Source: Pseudomonadota bacterium
GTDB lineage: Bacteria; Pseudomonadota; Gammaproteobacteria; GCA-002705445; GCA-002716945
Length of the DNA stretch: 64,000 nt
Direction: 5' to 3'
Assembly: GCA_036140295.1 (NCBI GenBank)
Contig: JAYZYL010000007.1
Location: forward strand, 36,459-100,458
The stretch's first letter is position 1, and each line of letters opens with the position of its first letter. Below, piece after piece: positions 1-9,077 of the stretch. Under the pieces are notes generated by a model. That model worked only from the letters and a program-made list of their open reading frames with translations, had not been told where the DNA came from and did no database searches. The position numbers and the translations under genes were made by a program.

Positions 1-814
1 GAATAATCATCACATCTTCTTTTACATTAAATGAATCCCTATATGCATTTAAACTTCTATGAAATGAGTAAAACTCAGGATCAAGGTTATATGATTTTGC
101 ATAAATATCAGCAGAAGTAGCATCTCCTTCTCCTTTAATCTCTTGGCCTTCTTTATAAGCTTCTGCAATTATTGCCTCAGATTCTCGTTCCGCAGTTGCT
201 GAAATTCCTTGAGCAATCTCTTTTCCTTTTGATCTAAATGCTTTTGCAACAGTTGCACGTTCTTTAACCATTCTTGCATAAACAGACGCGCTTACTTCAT
301 CTGGAAGATCTACTTTCTTCAATCTAACATCAACCACTGTTATCCCCAACGGTTTTGCTGCAAGATTTGCTTCTTCCTTTACAATGTTCATAATTACAAC
401 TCTATCGCCAGAAACTACATCGTTAATGGTTCTTTTACTAAATTGACTTTTTGTTAAATCATTAATTATTTGAGAAAGACGATTTAATCCAATCCTTTCA
501 TCTCCCTTTGATGCTCTAAAAAAATTTTCTGGACCAGTTATTCTCCATTTAACAAAAGAGTCTACAATAACATTTTTTTTCTCACTTGTTAAAAATTGTT
601 CTGGTTTAGAGTCTAAAGTTAAAATTCTTGAATCATATTTTTTGACGTTATTAATGAAAGGAATCATAAAATATAAACCTGGTTCAGTATAACTAGAAAC
701 AATTTCACCAAGCCTAAATTTTATAACAATTTGTCTCTCATCAACTATAAATGTTGCACTATAAATTAATATAATTGTTGCAATTACTCCTGCTAAGAAA
801 TTTCTGTCATTCAT
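1..814 (-). CDS. hflC: HflC, SPFH/band-7 modulator of FtsH (C-terminus runs off the window start)
   Basis: Hand translation of the minus strand from the ATG at 812-814 gives MNDRNFLAGVIATIILIYSATFIVDERQIVIKFRLGEIV...VDVRLKKVDLPDEVSASVYARMVKERA, open to position 1. It is absent from the ORF track because no stop lies in the window. It overlaps the hflK stop by 8 nt, as expected for an hflKC pair. Confidence 0.9.
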   Translation of the reverse strand, partial: MNDRNFLAGVIATIILIYSATFIVDERQIVIKFRLGEIVSSYTEPGLYFMIPFINNVKKYDSRILTLDSKPEQFLTSEKKNVIVDSFVKWRITGPENFFRASKGDERIGLNRLSQIINDLTKSQFSKRTINDVVSGDRVVIMNIVKEEANLAAKPLGITVVDVRLKKVDLPDEVSASVYARMVKERATVAKAFRSKGKEIAQGISATAERESEAIIAEAYKEGQEIKGEGDATSADIYAKSYNLDPEFYSFHRSLNAYRDSFNVKEDVMII

Positions 815-1922
815 AAGCTTTCCTCTTTCTAGGATCAAATGTATTCTTATTTAATTGTAGTTTTTCTGTAAATGATTTCTTCTGTTCATTTCTATTGGTG
901 TTTTGATTGTCATTGGATGAACTTGGGTTAATTATTTTATCTAAAGGCAAATACATTAAATTATTTCCTCCATCAACATCTATCATGACTTTACTTGTAT
1001 TTTCAAGGACAGATTCAACTGCTTCCAGGTATAGTCTCTCCCTGGTAACTTGAGGAGCTTTTTTATATTCTTTATATAATTGTCTAAACCTAGTGGCTTC
1101 TCCTTCAGCTGATTTAATTAGTTTAATTTTATATGCCTTAGCTTCTTCAACTATTTGTTTTGCCTCTCCTCTAGCAAGCGGTATAATTTCATTTCGATAT
1201 GCTTCGGCTTCATTTATGTATCGTTGCTCATCCTCTCTAGCTTTAATTGCGTCAGAAAAAGCATCTTGAACTTGTTCAGGGGGTTGGGCTTCAAGGATAT
1301 TTACAGTTTGCACATTGATTCCAGATTTATAAAAATCTAGAATACTTTGTAATAAGGTTTTTGTTGTAGAAGCAACTGCTTCTCTACCATCCGTTATAAT
1401 GAAGTCCATTTTATTTTTACCTAAGACTTCCCGAATAGCACTCTCTCCTGCTTGTTTTAAGGTAATGTCTGGATCTCTAATATTAAAAATAAAATCACTA
1501 GCATCTTTTATATCGTATTGAATTGCAAAGTTAATGCTAACTATATTTTCATCTTCGGTAAGCATGACAGCCTTCTGTTGACTAGATCTGATTTTTGCAA
1601 CGTCTACTACTTCAACCGCCTGTATAAAATGTGGAATCCAATGAGGTCCTGGTGTAGTAATTTCACGGAACTTTCCAAATTGTAAAACTACCCCTCTTTC
1701 CCCATCATTTACTATATATATGCCTGACAACAAATAAATAGCAAGAATTATAATCCCAAGTAAACTAACATTTTTTTTAGATGAAGGATCCATTGGAGTT
1801 TTGTCTCCAAATAAACTCTTTAATGATGCAAGGATCTTTTTTATAAGATCATCTAATTCAGATTGATTCTTATCATTTCCCCATGGGTTTTTATTCTTAT
1901 TTTCTGGATCATTCCATGCCAT
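807..1922 (-). CDS. hflK: HflK, SPFH/band-7 modulator of FtsH
   Basis: 371-aa ORF with an N-terminal TM segment (LLGIIILAIYLLSGIYIV) and a band-7 core (GERGVVLQFGKF...). It sits immediately upstream of hflC. Confidence 0.92.
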   Translation of the reverse strand: MAWNDPENKNKNPWGNDKNQSELDDLIKKILASLKSLFGDKTPMDPSSKKNVSLLGIIILAIYLLSGIYIVNDGERGVVLQFGKFREITTPGPHWIPHFIQAVEVVDVAKIRSSQQKAVMLTEDENIVSINFAIQYDIKDASDFIFNIRDPDITLKQAGESAIREVLGKNKMDFIITDGREAVASTTKTLLQSILDFYKSGINVQTVNILEAQPPEQVQDAFSDAIKAREDEQRYINEAEAYRNEIIPLARGEAKQIVEEAKAYKIKLIKSAEGEATRFRQLYKEYKKAPQVTRERLYLEAVESVLENTSKVMIDVDGGNNLMYLPLDKIINPSSSNDNQNTNRNEQKKSFTEKLQLNKNTFDPRKRKAYE

Positions 1923-1960
1923 ATCATTTCCTCATCGCGTTAATGATAATATAAACTTTA

Positions 1961-2179
1961 CTACTCATCAATTTCTATTTTTGTTGGTTCAGATGGAACA
2001 ATTGTTGAAACAGCATGTTTATATACGCTTTGTGTAATTTTATTTTTCAATAATATTGTATATTGATCAAATGACTCAATTACGCCTTCGAGTTTAATTC
2101 CATTTACAAGAAATATTGACACTGTGATTTTGTCTTTCCTGAGAGAATTTAAAAATTTATCTTGGAGATTATCTGGCAT
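1961..2179 (-). CDS. hfq: RNA chaperone Hfq (short form, no C-terminal extension)
   Basis: 72-aa ORF with Sm1/Sm2 motifs [27 protein letters not shown] and [10 protein letters not shown]. It lies downstream of miaA. Confidence 0.95.
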   Translation of the reverse strand: MPDNLQDKFLNSLRKDKITVSIFLVNGIKLEGVIESFDQYTILLKNKITQSVYKHAVSTIVPSEPTKIEIDE

Positions 2180-2227
2180 ATTACTTTTCCAATATTTGGT
2201 AGTTGTTATATTTCATCTTGACATTAT

Positions 2228-3169
2228 TTATGGAAATTGCAAACATTTCTCAATTTTTAAAAAGAAAGAATCCTCTAGTTTTCTATCAATATTAAGTTCA
2301 TAGGCACTTTCAAATTTTTTTAACCAAGTTATTTGTCTTTTACAGAGTTGACGAGTTGAAAATATAGTTTTATCAATGATTTCATCATATGGAAGTTCAC
2401 CATCTAAATATTTCATAACCTGATTATAGCCTATTGCCTGCATAGATTGTGATTCTAACGATAAACCATATTTTTCTTTAATATTTGAAACTTCATCAAT
2501 TAATCCTTTTTCAAACATCCCCTTAGTTCTCTTTTTAATTCTATCATGCAAATTAGACCTATTTTCAGTTAAAAGTTTAATTGTTATTAAATTAAATTTT
2601 TGTGAAAGCTTGTCAGATTTTATAAAAAAAGATGATGGTGGTTTCCCTGTTAAAATATAAATTTCAAGAATTCGCTGTATTCTTTGCTGGTCATTTTTTT
2701 TAATTTTCTCTGCACTTATAAGATCAATTTCTTCAATACATTTATGTAATTTACTCCAACTATACTTTTTTGCTAAATTATTTATAAACTCTCTAATCTC
2801 TGAAGACCGTTCAGGTAGTTTATTTAACCCATAATACAGTTGATTAAAATACATCAATGTTCCACCGACAAACATTGGAATTTTATTCCTTAGATGTAGG
2901 TTATTGATTAAATTTTGGGCGTCTTGGCAAAAACTACCTACATTATAATTCTCATTCGGGTCTTTGATATTAATTAGATGATGTTTAATGTTTAGTAGTG
3001 CTTCTTCATCGGGTTTATCAGTTCCAATATTCATCTCTCTATAAATCATTGCTGAATCAACGCTTATTATTTCTACTGGAAATCTTTTTTCAATTTCAAA
3101 GGCTAATTGAGTTTTACCAATTGATGTCGGCCCAATAATTGATAAAATGGGTAATTTTGTATTACTCAT
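2228..3169 (-). CDS. miaA: tRNA dimethylallyltransferase
   Basis: 313-aa ORF with N-terminal P-loop GPTSIGKT and the DSAMIYREMNIGTDKP motif. It has the conserved position upstream of hfq. Confidence 0.93.
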   Translation of the reverse strand: MSNTKLPILSIIGPTSIGKTQLAFEIEKRFPVEIISVDSAMIYREMNIGTDKPDEEALLNIKHHLINIKDPNENYNVGSFCQDAQNLINNLHLRNKIPMFVGGTLMYFNQLYYGLNKLPERSSEIREFINNLAKKYSWSKLHKCIEEIDLISAEKIKKNDQQRIQRILEIYILTGKPPSSFFIKSDKLSQKFNLITIKLLTENRSNLHDRIKKRTKGMFEKGLIDEVSNIKEKYGLSLESQSMQAIGYNQVMKYLDGELPYDEIIDKTIFSTRQLCKRQITWLKKFESAYELNIDRKLEDSFFLKIEKCLQFP

Positions 3170-3602
3170 CTTCTGTTATTGTTATTTTTATTAATCTACC
3201 TGGATTGGCCTCAGTAAGATCAATAATTATATTAGGCTCAGGTAAAAACGACTTAAAATCCTTTGGCCATTCAAAAAAATGAATAGCGTCTTCATTCAGA
3301 TAATCAGCCATGCCGATATTTGAAAGTTCATAAAAACTTTTAATTCTATACAAGTCATAATGAAAAACCTTTTTTCCGTTTAATTGGTATTCATTTATCA
3401 ATGTAAAGGTTGGACTGGTAATGGCATCAAATAAATTTAATGATTTAATATATTCCCGAACTATTGATGTTTTTCCTGAGCCAATTTCTCCATTAAGAAA
3501 TACTATACATTTCTTATATTTTTCTATTCTAATTTCATTAAAAATCTGGGTATAGTCAGATTCTGAATCTGTGTAGTAAAAATTTGTCATATTTTCTTTC
3601 AT
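3162..3602 (-). CDS. tsaE: tRNA t6A37 biosynthesis ATPase TsaE (YjeE)
   Basis: 146-aa ORF with Walker A GEIGSGKTS and the SPTFTL and HYDLYR motifs. It overlaps miaA by 8 nt. Confidence 0.9.
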   Translation of the reverse strand: MKENMTNFYYTDSESDYTQIFNEIRIEKYKKCIVFLNGEIGSGKTSIVREYIKSLNLFDAITSPTFTLINEYQLNGKKVFHYDLYRIKSFYELSNIGMADYLNEDAIHFFEWPKDFKSFLPEPNIIIDLTEANPGRLIKITITEDE

Positions 3603-3620
3603 AAAAGTGATTAATAATGA

Positions 3621-5141
3621 TCAGCTTTTTAGATTCAATAAGCTTGAACATTTTTCAATTACATCAGTAGCCAAGATACCAATGGTGCCTTTATTTTTTT
3701 CTAGCTGATCAGCAGCTAAAGAATGAATACCTGTTCCGAATAAGACCGCATCTACTTTGTCTTTTACTAAATTAGTAGTTGATAAAATTATGCCTCCTAA
3801 ACAATCTCCCATTCCTGCAGTTGCCATGCCTTCATTCCCATGTAAACAAATATATGTGTTATTTTTTGGTGTTTGAATTAATGTTCCAGATCCTTTTAAG
3901 ACAATAATTCCCCCATACTTTTTTTGTAACTCGACGATTGCTGTAAATCTATCTTCCTGAATATTTTTTGTGTTAGTCCCTAATAGTTTTGCTGCTTCAC
4001 CCGGATGTGGAGTAAGTATCCATTTATCATTCTTAAAGGGTTTTTCAGAAAGCAAATTTAAGGCATCTGCATCAAATATAATATTTCTTAGATTATTTTT
4101 TTTTTGTAAAAAATTACAAAGTTTAGAAAAAATATCCTTAGACCATTTTGATTGTCCAAGTCCCGGCCCAAATAATAAATTATTGTAATTATTGAGCTTC
4201 TCATAAAAAGTAGCGTCATTATAAGAGGATGTAATAAATTCTGGTTGATTTAAAGGTAAAAGTTCTGCATGCTTTTTTGTTGTTATAAGTTCAACATATC
4301 TAGTTCCTGTTTTTAGTGAAGATTGACCAGCAATAAGTAGAGCTCCAAAAAAATTATTTCCTCCTCCTATAATTAAACTTTTTCCAAAAGAATTCTTGTG
4401 AGTGTCAAAACTTTTACCAAAACTGATATTTTTAGAAGATAATATTTTTTTAGAACTAGAGTAAATTTTATAATTTACTAATTTTGTAAGAGAAAAAAGG
4501 TAATTATTTGTATTGATTTTTTCATTAATTAATGGATAATTATCAATTGAATCCCAAAAATCTCTTCCCTTTTTTGTAAAAAGACCTTTCTTTAAAGAAA
4601 TTAATGTACAGGTTAAATTTGAATTAACTGCTTTATTCAAACACTCTCCTGTTTCAGAATTTAATCCACTAGGAATATCAATTGAAACAACATATTTTTT
4701 TGAAGAATTAATCTCATCTATAATTTTTGAAAAATTACTTTTTATGATTCTGTTTAATCCTGTCCCAAACAAAGCATCTATGATCAAAGTACAATGTGAA
4801 CAACTTATATCTTTCTCAGGTACAATATAATTTACTAAATCAAGTTCATTAATAATTTTTTGATGGTTTAGTTTGCTCTTCTGAAATAAATGAATATCAA
4901 CTTTATATTTTTTTCTAATTAGGAATGATGCTAAAAAAAGTCCGTCAGATCCATTATTGCCTGGCCCAACAAAAATTTTAATTCTTTTAAGTTTATTTTG
5001 ATTTAATTTGGTAACAGAATTAAATACAGCCTTACCTGCGCTCTTAATTAAATAAGAATTTCCCTTTTTTTTTATAAATTTTTTTTCAATGGCTGTAGTG
5101 GTTTTAAGTGAAAAGAATGGTACAAAAATAAGAGAGTGCAT
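3621..5141 (-). CDS. nnr: Bifunctional NAD(P)H-hydrate repair enzyme (epimerase/ADP-dependent dehydratase)
   Basis: 506-aa ORF. The N-terminal half is YjeF_N-type (GPGNNGSDG) and the C-terminal half is a carbohydrate-kinase fold (GMATAGMGDCLGG). It lies upstream of tsaE, as yjeF-yjeE does in E. coli. Confidence 0.9.
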   Translation of the reverse strand: MHSLIFVPFFSLKTTTAIEKKFIKKKGNSYLIKSAGKAVFNSVTKLNQNKLKRIKIFVGPGNNGSDGLFLASFLIRKKYKVDIHLFQKSKLNHQKIINELDLVNYIVPEKDISCSHCTLIIDALFGTGLNRIIKSNFSKIIDEINSSKKYVVSIDIPSGLNSETGECLNKAVNSNLTCTLISLKKGLFTKKGRDFWDSIDNYPLINEKINTNNYLFSLTKLVNYKIYSSSKKILSSKNISFGKSFDTHKNSFGKSLIIGGGNNFFGALLIAGQSSLKTGTRYVELITTKKHAELLPLNQPEFITSSYNDATFYEKLNNYNNLLFGPGLGQSKWSKDIFSKLCNFLQKKNNLRNIIFDADALNLLSEKPFKNDKWILTPHPGEAAKLLGTNTKNIQEDRFTAIVELQKKYGGIIVLKGSGTLIQTPKNNTYICLHGNEGMATAGMGDCLGGIILSTTNLVKDKVDAVLFGTGIHSLAADQLEKNKGTIGILATDVIEKCSSLLNLKS

Positions 5142-5144
5142 TAA

Positions 5145-6050
5145 TTAATATTGTAGACTTGTTCTGTTAAGGTTTAAAATTCTATTTGTAAATTTTACTA
5201 AGATACTGTCAATAAAACTTTGCCTTCCATTATAATTTATCAATGATCTGTCATTAAAATATTTTTCATTTACATCATAAATTGACGCAATATCATCTAC
5301 TAATCCAATTTCTTTTGCTTGCGTCCCAGTCCAAAAAAGACCAGAAAAAATATTATTACCCTTAAGTTTTTCTCCTCTAGATTTCCTTACGTCATCTATA
5401 AATTGATTATGAATCTCTAGTAGTAACACTTTTAAGTGATTTCTATGCTTCTGAGATAATTTACTGAAAGGGTCTAAAATTGTTTTGTCCTCACCTGAAG
5501 AAATAGTTTGTGCCTCTATCCCCAACCTATTTATCAATGCTTTAAAATTAAAACTATCAAGTCGAACTCCAACAGAACCAACAATGCTTGAACTACTGGA
5601 AAAAATTAGTTCAGTACTCGCAGCAATATAATAACCACCGGAAGTTCCCATATCTTCAATTACAGAATATATGGGCTTTTGAGTTTTTGATCTAAGCTTT
5701 ATTATCTCATCATGAATTAATTTTGATTGGACAGCACTTCCGCCTGGACTATTAATTTTTAGAATAATTCCAAGACATGAATTATTATTCATCGCTTTTT
5801 TTACAAACGGAATAATATTTTTATTACTAACTTCACTACCAGGAGCTATAATTCCATCGATTTCAATAATAGCTGTATGATTTTCGCTAGTAACAGTTTC
5901 ATCAAATGGAACAAAAAGTATTATAACTATAAAAATAACAAAAATTGCAGACCAAAATATACGGAATAATGCCTTGTGTTTTCGTTCACTCTTTCTTTCT
6001 TCTAATAAAGAAGAAATTAATTCTTTCAATAAATTATCATCCATTTTCAT
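5145..6050 (-). CDS. sppA: Signal peptide peptidase SppA, 36K type (S49 family; SohB-like)
   Basis: 301-aa ORF with an N-terminal TM segment (FWSAIFVIFIVIILFV) followed by a ClpP-fold S49 core (INSPGGSAVQS, GTSGGYYIA). Confidence 0.85.
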   Translation of the reverse strand: MKMDDNLLKELISSLLEERKSERKHKALFRIFWSAIFVIFIVIILFVPFDETVTSENHTAIIEIDGIIAPGSEVSNKNIIPFVKKAMNNNSCLGIILKINSPGGSAVQSKLIHDEIIKLRSKTQKPIYSVIEDMGTSGGYYIAASTELIFSSSSSIVGSVGVRLDSFNFKALINRLGIEAQTISSGEDKTILDPFSKLSQKHRNHLKVLLLEIHNQFIDDVRKSRGEKLKGNNIFSGLFWTGTQAKEIGLVDDIASIYDVNEKYFNDRSLINYNGRQSFIDSILVKFTNRILNLNRTSLQY

Positions 6051-6076
6051 GCTCTTTATTTTAATTATATATGAAA

Positions 6077-7003
6077 TTATTTCTCTTTTATATTTTCTTT
6101 TAGGTTATATAGCACTTGTTGTAGATCATTTGGTATTTTTGCAGTGAAATTAAATTGTTTTTTATAAAAAAAAGAAACCTTATATGCATGTAAAAACATT
6201 CTTTGTAAACCAATTTTTCTAAAATCATAATTAACCTGCTTGTCACCATATTTTGAATCTCCACAAATAGGGTTTCCTAATTCTGAGGAATGTACACGTA
6301 TTTGGTGAGTTCTCCCAGTCTTAATTTCTATTTCAAAAAGAGATGAATTTTTAAACCTATTTTTCAATTTAAATTCAGATAAAGCTGTTTTTCCATCTTG
6401 TGATACAGTCATTTTCTTCACTCCTCCTATTTTTTTTCTTTCAATAGATTTTGAAATGATAAAATTATCTTCTTTTGTTTTTCCATAAAGTAATGCAATA
6501 TATTTTTTTGAAATTTTCTGATTCGTAAATAGCAATCCTAAATTTGAAGATGTCTGATAATTTTTTGCAAGAATTAAACATCCACTAGTATATTTATCAA
6601 TCCTATGTACTAAACTAATATTTCTATATTCTTTGATCCCCCTTAAAGATTCAATGATATCATTTTTTATATTCGTTCCAGAATGAACTGCTATTCCACT
6701 TGGCTTATTAATAACTAATAAATTTCTGTCTTCAAATAAGATGTTCTGTTTAATATCTTCTTGCAATTTAATTTTAGATATTTTGGGGTTTGTTTGGTCT
6801 TCTAGAGGAGGTATTCTAATTATATCATCACACTTTATACGATATGAAGGTTTAATCCTGCACTTATTAACTCTAACCTGGCCATCTCTAATTATTTTAT
6901 ATAAAAGGCTTTTTGGGATTCCTTTTAGCGTCTTTCTTAAAAAATTATCAAGCCTTTGCCCGGTCTGATCAGCGCTAATAGATAACTTTTTTACGGTTTC
7001 CAT
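6077..7003 (-). CDS. rluC: 23S rRNA pseudouridine synthase, RluA family (RluC by synteny)
   Basis: 308-aa ORF with an S4-like N-terminus, the catalytic motif HRIDKYTSGCLILAK, and GRTHQIRVH. It is divergent from rne, like E. coli rluC. Confidence 0.8.
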   Translation of the reverse strand: METVKKLSISADQTGQRLDNFLRKTLKGIPKSLLYKIIRDGQVRVNKCRIKPSYRIKCDDIIRIPPLEDQTNPKISKIKLQEDIKQNILFEDRNLLVINKPSGIAVHSGTNIKNDIIESLRGIKEYRNISLVHRIDKYTSGCLILAKNYQTSSNLGLLFTNQKISKKYIALLYGKTKEDNFIISKSIERKKIGGVKKMTVSQDGKTALSEFKLKNRFKNSSLFEIEIKTGRTHQIRVHSSELGNPICGDSKYGDKQVNYDFRKIGLQRMFLHAYKVSFFYKKQFNFTAKIPNDLQQVLYNLKENIKEK

Positions 7004-7044
7004 TGTAGATTTACAAAATAAAGGTTTGAAGATAGTTTAAATCA

Positions 7045-7074
7045 TTGATATATTAATTCAAAGAATTTTATATT
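7045..7074 (+). promoter_or_regulatory. Candidate sigma70 promoter for rne (TTGATA-N18-TATATT)
   Basis: TTGATA at 7045-7050 and TATATT at 7069-7074 were read by eye in the 250-nt rluC/rne divergent gap. This would give a leader of roughly 170 nt. AT-rich DNA yields many chance -10-like hexamers. Confidence 0.3.
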
Positions 7075-7253
7075 GTTTGGGTATATTTTGGCGATATTGC
7101 CAAGTTTTAATAAGAAGTAGATAAAAAAAGACCTTATATAGAGAACTACTTTGTACGCGGAAAAGATACAAAATCTAATCAACTCGAACAATATCATTTA
7201 AAAAACACATTAATAAATAATGGTCTTAAAAAATATGAATTATAGGATTAATA

Positions 7254-9077
7254 ATGAAACAAATATTAATAAATGCTTCTCAAAAGGAGGAGATACGGCT
7301 TGCTGTAGTAGAAAACAGAAGTTTATTAGATTTAGACATAGAATTACCTTCGAAAAATATAAAATCAAATATTTACAAAGGGATAATATCAAGAGTTGAA
7401 CCCAGTCTAGAAGCTGCGTTCATTAATTTCGGTCGTTCACGACATGGGTTTCTTCCATTTAAAGAGATATCATATGATATATTTAAGCCGAATACGCCTA
7501 AATCATCAAAAGAATGTCTTGAACCAGGCACAGAAATAGTTGTTCAAGTTGATAGAGAAGAGCGAGGCACAAAGGGAGCAGCCTTAACTACTTTCTTAAG
7601 TTTAGCAGGAAAATATCTTGTCCTTCTTCCAAAAAGCTCAAACACTGGTGGAGTTTCAAGAAGATTAGAAGGAAATGATCGACAGGAAGCAAAAAAACTA
7701 CTTAACACAATTAAAATTCCCGATGGGATGAGTGTCATTTTAAGGACGTCAAGTTTAGATGCCACAACTGATTCTCTTAATTGGGATATAAACTATCTTA
7801 CACAGGTTTATGAATCAATTTTAGAAAATTCAGTACTCAGAGAAGCTCCTTTTTTAATTTACCAAGAAAGCAGCATGATCCAGAGATTAATTCGAGATTA
7901 TATTGATGAAAAAAGCCAAGAGGTTATTATCGATGACCAATCTTTTTATGAAAAATTTTTAGCATCGAAAGAACATTTTATACCTCATCTAGATATAAAT
8001 ATAACTCACTATAAAGAATCTGCTCCTTTGTTTAGTAAATTTAGAATAGAGTCACAGATACAAACTGTACATGAAAGAAAAATTTCACTTCCATCTGGAG
8101 GAAATGTTATCTTTGATCAAACTGAAGCTCTTACTAGTATTGATGTAAATTCTGCAAAATCAACAAAAGGTGGTGATATAGAAGAAACTGCTTTAAATAC
8201 AAATCTAGAGGCAGCAGCTGTAATTTCTACTCAACTCAAGTTAAGAGACATAGGTGGTTTAATTGTAATTGATTTTATTGATATGATAGCTATAAGTTCT
8301 CAAAAAGCTGTTATGAGAAAAATGGGGGAAGTCTCAAAAACTGATCGAGCTAAAGTTCAGCTTGGAAGAATTTCAAAATTTGGTTTACTTGAACTTTCTA
8401 GACAAAAATTAAAATCTTCAATTATTGATACAAATACAGAAGTTTGTCCAACATGTAATGGCTCAGGACAAATCAAATCACTAGTTACTTTAACCATCGC
8501 ATTCCTTCGAATCCTAGAGGAAGAAGCCATGAAATATAAAGGTTCTATGACCGTATACCTACCTGTCAGGTTGGCCACATATTTATTGAACGAAAAAAGG
8601 GATTTGGTTCAAGGTATTGAAAAGAGACAGTCGGTCACTATTAAAGTTGTCCCAGATCCTGACTTAGAAGGTTCTAATTATAATATTGACAAGGAAGGTC
8701 TTTCGGAGAAAGAATATAAATCATCTCAAAGAGGTCCTAAAAATTCTGATAAGCCAAATATTTACAAAGGGCCAAAACCATCAGAAGAACAGAAGCCTTT
8801 GATAGACTCAATTATTCCAAAAACGGCTCCTCCCAATCCTCAAAAAGGCAGGTTAGATTCATCGCCTAGCATTTTTACTAAAATTATCCAAACTTTATTT
8901 GGAAAAACAGAAGAAAAGAAAGTAGAAAGAAATAAATTTTCTGGACAAAGGAGAAGAAGATATAATAGATATAATTCATATAAATATAATAAAAATAGAT
9001 CATACAATAAGAGAAGAAGAGATTACGGTAATCAACAGACAAGCTCAAGTAATTCTAGAACAAATTCTGAGAAGTAA
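7254..9077 (+). CDS. rne: Ribonuclease E, miniaturised (catalytic domain plus a tail of about 100 aa)
   Basis: 607-aa ORF with an S1 domain (IYKGIISRVEPSLEAAFINFG), catalytic Asp motifs (TSIDVNSAK, GLIVIDFIDM) and Zn-link CPTCNGSG. The tail has SPSIFTKIIQTLFGK and QRRRRYNRYNSYKYNKNRSYNKRRRDY. AGGA lies 7 nt upstream of the ATG. It is divergent from rluC. Confidence 0.88.
   Translation: MKQILINASQKEEIRLAVVENRSLLDLDIELPSKNIKSNIYKGIISRVEPSLEAAFINFGRSRHGFLPFKEISYDIFKPNTPKSSKECLEPGTEIVVQVDREERGTKGAALTTFLSLAGKYLVLLPKSSNTGGVSRRLEGNDRQEAKKLLNTIKIPDGMSVILRTSSLDATTDSLNWDINYLTQVYESILENSVLREAPFLIYQESSMIQRLIRDYIDEKSQEVIIDDQSFYEKFLASKEHFIPHLDINITHYKESAPLFSKFRIESQIQTVHERKISLPSGGNVIFDQTEALTSIDVNSAKSTKGGDIEETALNTNLEAAAVISTQLKLRDIGGLIVIDFIDMIAISSQKAVMRKMGEVSKTDRAKVQLGRISKFGLLELSRQKLKSSIIDTNTEVCPTCNGSGQIKSLVTLTIAFLRILEEEAMKYKGSMTVYLPVRLATYLLNEKRDLVQGIEKRQSVTIKVVPDPDLEGSNYNIDKEGLSEKEYKSSQRGPKNSDKPNIYKGPKPSEEQKPLIDSIIPKTAPPNPQKGRLDSSPSIFTKIIQTLFGKTEEKKVERNKFSGQRRRRYNRYNSYKYNKNRSYNKRRRDYGNQQTSSSNSRTNSEK

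Noticed and set aside
7235-7253. An upstream ATG at 7235 in the rne leader opens an out-of-frame ORF that overlaps the rne start.
   Set aside because: There is no RBS, and the frame runs into the conserved RNase E N-terminus out of frame. It is most likely fortuitous in AT-rich DNA.
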